Source of the DNA: Vicinamibacteria bacterium
GTDB lineage: Bacteria; Acidobacteriota; Vicinamibacteria; Vicinamibacterales; CAVVIG01
Assembly: GCA_041485905.1 (NCBI GenBank)
Contig: JBGPKK010000002.1
Location: 4,484 to 68,483, forward strand
DNA length: 64,000 nt
Direction of reading: 5' to 3'
Within the stretch, counting starts at the first letter, position 1, and each line of letters starts with the position of its first letter. The notes under the pieces were generated by a model, which ran no database searches, had not been told where the DNA came from, and saw only the letters and a list, made by a program, of their open reading frames with translations. Below, one piece after another: positions 31,935 through 38,828 of this stretch. The position numbers and the translations under genes were made by a program.

Positions 31935-31946
31935 TATCGTTCGATT

Positions 31947-32183
31947 ATGCTCAAGGGCACGCGGGACGGGATTCTCAGGCGCGTTCAACCGACCAGCATC
32001 CACGGCCAGGTCTCCTGGGACGTGTACTTCAGCGACGTCGAAGATCCCGACGGACAGGTTCATGTCGCCCGGGTCGGACCCGAGGCGGTGGTCGATCACC
32101 ACATCGAGCCGGGCGACCGCATTCAGGTGGAATATCTCGTCGGCGTCGCCGTGAAGGTCAGCCTTCTCAAAGTTGGAAGTTAG
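31947..32183 (+). CDS. hypothetical small protein
   Basis: 78-aa ORF starting 13 nt after the dinB stop. No recognisable motif. Codon composition looks coding-like but support is weak. Confidence 0.35.
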   Translation: MLKGTRDGILRRVQPTSIHGQVSWDVYFSDVEDPDGQVHVARVGPEAVVDHHIEPGDRIQVEYLVGVAVKVSLLKVGS

Positions 32184-32213
32184 TTCACTTCTGCCTCTTA
32201 CCTTTTAACTTCC
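32175..32213. repeat. hairpin between convergent genes
   Basis: GGAAGTTA (32175-82) pairs with TAACTTCC (32206-13) around a 23-nt loop. The flanks are built from AAGTT(G/A)G units. Confidence 0.5.
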
Positions 32214-32341
32214 TGCCGATCCACGCGCACGCTCTTCAACTCGATCCTCGCGACAAGCGCCTCCCCGTTCCGGGGCGACGCTTCAATCGCCTCGACAACC
32301 GCGAGACCATCCACGACGCGCCCAAACGCCGTGTACCGACC
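32198..32341 (-). pseudogene. out-of-frame fossil of the C-terminus of a second cyclophilin domain
   Basis: An alternative frame downstream of the PPIase reads GRYTAFGRVVDGLAVVEAIEASPRNGEALVARIELKSVRVD. This is paralogous to YTVFGDVTDGMDVVQKISQTPVDDNGLATARVEIKRITIRD at the end of the intact domain. Confidence 0.5.
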
Positions 32342-33011
32342 ACGCCGCCAGTTCCTCCACCGTCTCCGTTGAAAACGGCTCCGGCGTCGGCGGTGGTGTA
32401 TCTCTAATCGTGATGCGCTTGATCTCGACGCGCGCGGTCGCGAGGCCGTTGTCGTCAACCGGCGTTTGGGAAATCTTCTGCACGACGTCCATGCCGTCCG
32501 TCACATCCCCGAACACCGTGTACTGGCCGTCCAGCGCCGGCTGATCGATAACGACGATGAAGAACTGAGCGCCGGCGCTGTCGGGCCGGCCAGGCACCAG
32601 CACGGCTGCCACCGAGCCGGCCGTCATCTTCGGCGCTCGCGCTTCCGCTTTCACCATGTTCAGCCCGCCGGTGCCGTACAACGCGCGCTTGGACGGATCT
32701 GTCGTCAGCGGATCGCCGCCCTGCACCATCCCGAGCTTCACCATCCGATGAAAACTCGTCCCGTCGTACGCGCCGGCCTGCGCCTGCTTCGTGAAGCACG
32801 CGGCATGGTTCGGGGCGGTCTCCGACCGAAGATCGATGATGAACCTGCCGGCCGACGTATCGACGACGGCCTGTTTCGGCGGAGTTTGAGCGTGCAATAA
32901 CGCCGGGCCTGATAAGGCCCGGCCTACGTACGCAGGGCGGACCCTATTGGGTCCGCCGATGGCGACAGCCGCGGCGAGCGCGAGCGCGAATAGCGAAATG
33001 GCGCCCTTCAT
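32283..33011 (-). CDS. cyclophilin-type peptidyl-prolyl cis-trans isomerase (secreted)
   Basis: ATG at 33011 (MKGAISLFALALAAA), ATGA overlap with the pgsA stop. Cyclophilin motifs FHRMV, GGDP and AGAQFFI. The tail after PFSTETVEELAAW looks like out-of-frame read-through. Confidence 0.85.
   Translation of the reverse strand: MKGAISLFALALAAAVAIGGPNRVRPAYVGRALSGPALLHAQTPPKQAVVDTSAGRFIIDLRSETAPNHAACFTKQAQAGAYDGTSFHRMVKLGMVQGGDPLTTDPSKRALYGTGGLNMVKAEARAPKMTAGSVAAVLVPGRPDSAGAQFFIVVIDQPALDGQYTVFGDVTDGMDVVQKISQTPVDDNGLATARVEIKRITIRDTPPPTPEPFSTETVEELAAWSVHGVWARRGWSRGCRGD
32903..32957. repeat. composite REP-like element (two hairpins around CTACGTACG) inside the PPIase CDS
   Basis: CCGGGCCT-GATA-AGGCCCGG (32903-22), CCTACGTACGCA, then GGCGGACCC-TATT-GGGTCCGCC (32936-57). 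The second hairpin plus tail matches the element at 62771-62800 at 27/30 positions in the opposite orientation. Confidence 0.7.
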
Positions 33012-33574
33012 GCGCCCGCTCGTGCCTCGTCGATGATCCGTGCGGCGTGCCAGATGTAGTGCAGTCCCGAGACGAGCGTAATCCCGAGCGAGGCATACAC
33101 GAGCAGATCGACGATGACCGAATGAAATCGCAGGTAGTTGAACAGCATCGCCGCCACGGCCGTCACGATATACGTCGCCGTGGCCGCCTTGCCGAAGATC
33201 GTCGGCCGGAACGTCCGTGGACCGATCGCCAGATTGACGATCGTCACCGTCAGCACGATGCCAATGTCGCGCGTGATGATGAGGACGGTCAGCCAGACCG
33301 GCAGCCGATTGCTGAGCCCCAGCCCAGGCAGGGTCAACACGATGAAGGTCGTCACCAGAAGCAGCTTGTCGGCCATCGGATCGAGCCACGCACCCAGCTG
33401 CGTCTTCTGACCCGATCGGCGCGCGATGAGGCCGTCGAGGGCGTCGGTCGCTCCTGCCGTGGCGAACACGAACAACGCCCACCCGAGGTGCTCGTAGAGC
33501 ATCAGGATCAGGAAGGCGGGAATCAGGAGCATGCGCAGCAGCGTCAGCTGGTTGGCTGGCGTGAGCGCCGTCAT
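33008..33574 (-). CDS. pgsA: CDP-diacylglycerol--glycerol-3-phosphate 3-phosphatidyltransferase
   Basis: 188 aa and polytopic. CDP-alcohol phosphatidyltransferase motif DALDGLIARRSGQKTQLGAWLDPMADK. Confidence 0.85.
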   Translation of the reverse strand: MTALTPANQLTLLRMLLIPAFLILMLYEHLGWALFVFATAGATDALDGLIARRSGQKTQLGAWLDPMADKLLLVTTFIVLTLPGLGLSNRLPVWLTVLIITRDIGIVLTVTIVNLAIGPRTFRPTIFGKAATATYIVTAVAAMLFNYLRFHSVIVDLLVYASLGITLVSGLHYIWHAARIIDEARAGA

Positions 33575-34956
33575 CGTGGATCCTTTCGTCGTCCTCCCGC
33601 TGTGCGCGCCATCGCTTCAATCCGTGCGATGGCCTCCGTTGCCTCCTGGCCGGTCACAGGCCGCGATGGTTGAAACGTGTTGTTGGCACCCACCGCCATC
33701 ACGCCCGACGCGACTGCCGCCGACGCGGCCGGATAGGCAATGTGGCCGGCGGCGAGATCCGAAAACGTCACGCGCGCAGACCGCCACGTATTCGCCTGCC
33801 CCGGAGTGGCTTCGGCCACCTTCGTCAGCAGGCGGCTGACCGCTTGAGCCAGGTCGATGCGCCGCACGACGGTTCGCGGCTGGAAGGCGTGATTGGCGAA
33901 CGGCTCCATCACGCCGGCCCGCGTCACCGTGACGATCCAGGTCGCCGCCCAGCTGTTGCGGATGTCTGTGACGAGGACGGCGTCGCGGCGTCGCGAGCTC
34001 TGCAGCAGCGTCGCGAGGCGCACGCCGACCAGCGCCGCGAGATCGGCGCGCGTCAGCTGTGGAGTCTGGCTGATGGCGCGATATTCCTCCGGCAGATGCG
34101 CGACCTCGATGCGGGCGCGCGCCTTGTCCAGTTTCGCCTCCACATCGTCGTTGGGCTCGGATGCGAGTGCGTCGGCGAACGCCTTCGCCGCGGCTTCGAA
34201 ATCGCCCCGGGCGTCGAGGATGTCTCCGATCTGCACCAGCGACTTCGCGTCCGCGGGATCGAGCGCGATCGCCCTGCGAAAATGCTCCAGCGCGCCCTCG
34301 TCGGCGCCCTGCTGATGTTCCACCGCCGCAAGCTCGCGATACAGGAACGCGCTCTCCGGCGAACTGGCGATCGCGCGCGTGTAGAGCGAGACGGCCTCAT
34401 CGCCGCGGCCGGCGCGCGCTGCCTGGCGCGCGCGAGTCAAATCCTCCTGCTGGCCACGAAACCTCAGAACCTCGATGCGGCTCCCGAGATCTCCGAGCGA
34501 TGGATCGACCCCCAGCGCGGCTTCGAACGCCGCCAGCGCGTCGGCGTCGCGATTCAGCGCGAGCAGCGCCTGGCCCCGTCCGACCAGGGCCGATACGTCG
34601 CGCGGCTGCCGCTCGAGCGCGCGGTCAAAGTGTTGCACCGCGGTCTTGGAATCCTTCCGCGCAAACTCCATCCATCCAAGGCCCGCCTCCGCTGGATAGA
34701 ACACAGGCGCCGCCTTCAGCGCGGCTCCGAACTCCCGCTCCGCGTCTCTGAACTCCCCGGCTTGAAGAAAACGCCAGCCTCGATCCTGATTGACCGCCGC
34801 GGCGCTGCCCGCGAGGTCGGCCGGAACGACCGGCACGATAAACTCCGGAAATTTCGGCGCCGACACCTCCGGGGCGGGGCTCGGCTTCGGCATCCGGGCA
34901 CACCCGGAGACCCCGAAGACCACGCTGATGAGTGCCAGCAGGGCGAGTTTGCGCAT
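33571..34956 (-). CDS. TPR-repeat lipoprotein with C-terminal SLH-like domains
   Basis: ATG at 34956 (MRKLALLALISVVFGVSGC, lipobox). Multiple TPR-like repeats. The C-terminus has two or three SLH-like segments (WAATWIVTVTRAGVMEPF...FQP; FSDLAAGHIAYPAASAAVASGVMA...FQPSRPVTGQEA). Confidence 0.7.
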   Translation of the reverse strand: MRKLALLALISVVFGVSGCARMPKPSPAPEVSAPKFPEFIVPVVPADLAGSAAAVNQDRGWRFLQAGEFRDAEREFGAALKAAPVFYPAEAGLGWMEFARKDSKTAVQHFDRALERQPRDVSALVGRGQALLALNRDADALAAFEAALGVDPSLGDLGSRIEVLRFRGQQEDLTRARQAARAGRGDEAVSLYTRAIASSPESAFLYRELAAVEHQQGADEGALEHFRRAIALDPADAKSLVQIGDILDARGDFEAAAKAFADALASEPNDDVEAKLDKARARIEVAHLPEEYRAISQTPQLTRADLAALVGVRLATLLQSSRRRDAVLVTDIRNSWAATWIVTVTRAGVMEPFANHAFQPRTVVRRIDLAQAVSRLLTKVAEATPGQANTWRSARVTFSDLAAGHIAYPAASAAVASGVMAVGANNTFQPSRPVTGQEATEAIARIEAMARTAGGRRKDPR

Positions 34957-34966
34957 CACAAAAATC

Positions 34967-36250
34967 TTACCGCGGTTCCAGCCGGCTGACGAGCCGGCGC
35001 GGGACGTCGGCGACGATCGAAATCCGGCCGTCGCGGGTCTCGTGTTCGAGCACGCGGCCGTGGCGGTATACCTGCGCGATGCGCTCACGTTCGGCCGGCT
35101 CATCCGGGTCGAACGTCAGTGTGAGGCGGCGGACATCGAGGGCGAGGCGCGATGCGATCGTATCGATCAATTCATCGAGCCCCTCCCGCTGGAGCGCCGA
35201 GATGCACAGGGCGGCAGGATCCTGATCCTGGAGACGCCGGCGCTCGTCGAGCGTGATCGCGTCGCACTTGTTGTAGATCTCCAGCGTCGGCACCTCGTTC
35301 GCGCCGACCTCCTGCAGGACGCCTGTGACCGCCCGCACGCGGCGGTCGCGGTCCGCCGTCGCCGCGTCGATCACGTGCAACACCAGATCCGCCTCGGCGA
35401 CTTCCTCGAGAGTGGCGCGAAACGCCGCCACGAGCGCGTGCGGAAGCCGATCGATGAAGCCGACCGTATCGGACACGAGCAACTGCCGGTTGTCCGGCAG
35501 CCGCACCTGGCGCACCAGCGGATCGAGGGTGACGAACAGAGCGTTCGACGCCTCGGCGTGGGCTTTGGTCAGCGCGTTGAACAGCGTCGTCTTGCCTGCG
35601 TTTGTGTATCCGACCAGCGCCACTGTCGGCACTGACGCCTTGTGCCGCCGCTCGCGCAGCTGCGCGCGCCGCAGGCGGACATGCTCGATGTCGTCGCTGA
35701 CTGCATGGATGCGCGTGCGAATGCGGCGCCGATCCGTTTCCAGCTTCGTTTCGCCAGGACCTCGCGTGCCGATTCCGCCGCCCAGCCGGGACAACGCCGC
35801 GCCGGCCCCGACCAGACGCGGCAGCAGATACTTCAATTGCGCGAGCTCGACCTGCAGCTTTCCTTCTTTCGTGCGGGCCCGTTTCGCGAAGATATCGAGA
35901 ATCAGCTGCGTCCGGTCGATGATCTTCCGGTGCACTTCCTCTTCGATGTGGCGCAGCTGCGCAGGCGTGAGCTCGCTGTCGAAGATCACCACGTCGGCGT
36001 CGGTCTCCGCGCACGACGCCGCCAGCGTGACGATTTTACCGGCGCCGAGAAACGTCGACGGATCGGGCCTGGGCCGCTCCTGCAGGACCCTCAGCACGAC
36101 CGTCGCGCCCGCGGCGCCGGCCAGCCCCGCCAGCTCGTCGAGCGAACGCTCGGCATCGAGCCGCCGCGCCCGGCCGGCGATCAATCCGACAATCGCCGCA
36201 CGTTCGGTGCCCGCTACGCGGCGCGCAGGCATGCCTGGATCTCTTCCCAA
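34967..36250 (-). CDS. hflX: GTPase HflX
   Basis: 427 aa. HflX N-domain (LAQLKYLLPRL...GPGETKLETDRR) and G-domain GYTNAGKTTLFN / DTVGFI. Confidence 0.9.
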   Translation of the reverse strand: MGRDPGMPARRVAGTERAAIVGLIAGRARRLDAERSLDELAGLAGAAGATVVLRVLQERPRPDPSTFLGAGKIVTLAASCAETDADVVIFDSELTPAQLRHIEEEVHRKIIDRTQLILDIFAKRARTKEGKLQVELAQLKYLLPRLVGAGAALSRLGGGIGTRGPGETKLETDRRRIRTRIHAVSDDIEHVRLRRAQLRERRHKASVPTVALVGYTNAGKTTLFNALTKAHAEASNALFVTLDPLVRQVRLPDNRQLLVSDTVGFIDRLPHALVAAFRATLEEVAEADLVLHVIDAATADRDRRVRAVTGVLQEVGANEVPTLEIYNKCDAITLDERRRLQDQDPAALCISALQREGLDELIDTIASRLALDVRRLTLTFDPDEPAERERIAQVYRHGRVLEHETRDGRISIVADVPRRLVSRLEPR

Positions 36251-36867
36251 CCGATGGCGCCGGCGCGCACGAGCTGCGGCTCGTCAGTGGTCGTATCGAC
36301 GATGGTCGACGGCAGACCGCCGGCGGTCGGTCCCGCGTCGACGAGCACGTCGATTCGATCGCCAAGCGCACGCTCGACAGCGTCTGGGTTCTGCGTAGGC
36401 TCGTCGCCGCTCAGGTTCGCGCTGGTGGCGGTGAGCGGCGTGCCACAGGCGCGGCACAGCGCCCGAGCGACGGCGTGCGCCGGCACGCGGACACCGACTT
36501 TTCCGGTGCCTCCACTGACCGCGGTAACGAGCGTGGGCGGTGCGGCCATGAGCAACGTCAGCGGACCGGGCCAGAAACGCAAGGCCAGTCGGCGTGCCAT
36601 CAGCGGAAGCGCGCCAATCCGATCGACAACTTGCGCGACATCGGCGGCAATGAGCGGCAGCGCGCGCTCGACGCTTCGCCCCTTCACGGCAAGTACCCGC
36701 GCGACGGCATCTGTGAGAAACGGATCCACCGCCAGACCGTACAGCGTGTCTGTCGGCACGGCGACGACACCACCGTCGCGGATCGCTCGCACCGCTCGAT
36801 CGAGCGCCCGGTCATGCGGGCCCACGCCGTCGACCTTGATTCGATGCATGAATCGCTGATGATACAC
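36214..36867 (-). CDS. tsaC: L-threonylcarbamoyladenylate synthase (YrdC/TsaC family)
   Basis: 217 aa with GGVVAVPTDTLYGLAVDP and SANLSG motifs. An internal Met at 36849 is an alternative start. Confidence 0.85.
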   Translation of the reverse strand: MYHQRFMHRIKVDGVGPHDRALDRAVRAIRDGGVVAVPTDTLYGLAVDPFLTDAVARVLAVKGRSVERALPLIAADVAQVVDRIGALPLMARRLALRFWPGPLTLLMAAPPTLVTAVSGGTGKVGVRVPAHAVARALCRACGTPLTATSANLSGDEPTQNPDAVERALGDRIDVLVDAGPTAGGLPSTIVDTTTDEPQLVRAGAIGWEEIQACLRAA

Positions 36868-36878
36868 TCGCGTCGTTC

Positions 36879-37373
36879 ATGCTGACGCATTACTCGAGAG
36901 TGCTCCACGGGACGTGGATTGGTCAGGCACTCGGCGGAGGCATTCCCTGGCTTTGGCCCGCCTTCGGGGTCCTCCACTTCCATGGCATGGCGCTTCTGGT
37001 GGGATGCGTCGTCACGCTCGACTTGCGCATGCTCGGCGTCGGCAAAGGGCTCCCGCTCGGACCGATGCAGAAGCTTGTGCCCTGGGGAATTCTCGGGTTC
37101 GTGATCACGCTGATCACCGGCGTCGGGTTCTATGCCGGAAATCCGGAACAGTATCAAAGCGTCGCCTTTGCCGCAAAGATGGCGTTCATCGTGCTGGCGG
37201 GTCTGCACGCCATCCTGTTCTATGTGACCGGGCTCGCCGGCCGCGTCGATCGCGTCGCCGCCGGAGGGGATGCGCCGCTCGCCGCCAAACTGTTCGCCGG
37301 CACGTCGTTGTTCCTCTGGGTCGGGGTGGTGTACTGGGGACGGATGCTGCCGTTCTTCGGCAACGCATTCTGA
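36879..37373 (+). CDS. uncharacterised 4-TM membrane protein, H-x14-DLR[LM][LM]G family (paralogue P1)
   Basis: 164 aa with four hydrophobic helices. Shares H-x14-DLRMLG, a KM motif in TM3 and LW-x6-GRM in TM4 with the ORFs at 37377, 55333 and 55813. Confidence 0.7.
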   Translation: MLTHYSRVLHGTWIGQALGGGIPWLWPAFGVLHFHGMALLVGCVVTLDLRMLGVGKGLPLGPMQKLVPWGILGFVITLITGVGFYAGNPEQYQSVAFAAKMAFIVLAGLHAILFYVTGLAGRVDRVAAGGDAPLAAKLFAGTSLFLWVGVVYWGRMLPFFGNAF

Positions 37374-37376
37374 TCG

Positions 37377-37892
37377 TCAGCCACCGATCCTGTTGATAAG
37401 GCCGGGCACGCCGGACACGGCTCCGAGGTACGCGGTCAACCGGCCCGCGGTCATCGCGCCAAACCACAGCACCAGAGAGACGGCCGCCAGCAGTTTCCCG
37501 GGTCTCCGGATGACGTTGTTCGCGTTCGGATCGCGAAAGACGACACGCCGAATGAGGACCAGGTTCACGACCGCGAGCGCGGTCAGAATCATCTTGATGC
37601 CGAACACGGGATTGGTCACCTTCGTCGTCGCGTCCGCAGCGAGAAGGATCGCGCCCGAAATCCCACTGATCCAGAAGCCAGTCCAGATGATCGGGAAGTA
37701 TCGTTCGAGCGGCGGCACGGGCAGCTTGCCTGCAAACCCGAGCAACCGAAGATCGATCATCACGCTGATGCCCACGGCGGTCACGACGCCCACCGTGTGC
37801 ACGAGCAGGACGCCCGGGTAGGCCCAGAGCGAACTATCTTCACGCACCCATCTGGACAAGCCGGTCTGCTCGAGATATGCGAAAAAGTCCAT
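37377..37892 (-). CDS. uncharacterised 4-TM membrane protein, same family (paralogue P2)
   Basis: 171 aa with H-x14-DLRLLG, KM and LW-x6-GRL. Convergent with P1, with a 3-nt gap between the stops. Confidence 0.7.
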   Translation of the reverse strand: MDFFAYLEQTGLSRWVREDSSLWAYPGVLLVHTVGVVTAVGISVMIDLRLLGFAGKLPVPPLERYFPIIWTGFWISGISGAILLAADATTKVTNPVFGIKMILTALAVVNLVLIRRVVFRDPNANNVIRRPGKLLAAVSLVLWFGAMTAGRLTAYLGAVSGVPGLINRIGG

Positions 37893-37981
37893 GCGGTCAG
37901 GAATGTACCGTATCGGTCAGATCATGTAAACCGCGCCCAGGTCCGCGCTCTGTTAGAATCCGCCGCGAGGAATCGCCCCCC

Positions 37982-38812
37982 ATGAAAGCAACGCCAACAA
38001 CCCCAACAACATCAACAGCATTCACAACCTTCGCGAGGACGCTCAGTGGTCCCGTCGCTGCGCTGGGAATCGTGTGCGCACTGACGTCAACCGCCTCGGC
38101 CCAGTGGGAGCCGTACCCGTGGAAGAACATGCCGCGCACCGCCGACGGCAAGGTCGATCTGAAGGCGCCCGCTCGGCGCCTGCCCGATGGCAAGGTGGAC
38201 CTCTCCGGCTTCTGGGTCCCGACTGTCGCGGTCAAGCATCTGCTCAATCTTGCGGCGGATCTGAAACCAGGAGAGGTGCCGCTGCAACCCTGGGCCGAGG
38301 CGGTGTACAAAGAACGCATCGAGACCAACGGCAAGGATCACCCCGGCGTGCGCTGCTGGCCGTCCGGCATTCCTGAAAAAGACAATATTCCCGATGGGTT
38401 GAAGCTGGTTCAGACGCCGGATCTCGTGCTGCTCCTGCACGAATCCCGCACCATCTACCGGCAGATCTTCACCGACGGACGGCCGCTGCCTCGGGATCCG
38501 CAGCCGACGTGGATGGGTTATTCGATCGGCAAGTGGGAGAACGACACGTTCGTCGTCCAGACCATCGGCCAGAATGGCAGGACCTGGCTCGACATGCGCG
38601 GGCTGCCCGGAACGGACGCGTTGAAGGTGACGGAGCGCTTCACACGTCCCACGATCGGGCACATGGACATCGACGTCACGATCGACGACCCGAAGGCCTA
38701 CATGAAGCCGTGGACCGTCAAGCTGTCCTGGAGCCTGCTGCCGGATACCGATCTGATCGAGAGCATCTGCGAAGAGAACAACAAGGACGTTCCCCACATG
38801 GTCGGAAAGTGA
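37982..38812 (+). CDS. secreted hypothetical protein
   Basis: ATG at 37982, preceded by GAGGAA. Thr/Pro-rich n-region, a signal peptide ending ASAQ, and a mature domain of about 230 aa in which I recognise no motif. Confidence 0.65.
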   Translation: MKATPTTPTTSTAFTTFARTLSGPVAALGIVCALTSTASAQWEPYPWKNMPRTADGKVDLKAPARRLPDGKVDLSGFWVPTVAVKHLLNLAADLKPGEVPLQPWAEAVYKERIETNGKDHPGVRCWPSGIPEKDNIPDGLKLVQTPDLVLLLHESRTIYRQIFTDGRPLPRDPQPTWMGYSIGKWENDTFVVQTIGQNGRTWLDMRGLPGTDALKVTERFTRPTIGHMDIDVTIDDPKAYMKPWTVKLSWSLLPDTDLIESICEENNKDVPHMVGK

Positions 38813-38828
38813 TTTCGTGAACAAGCTC

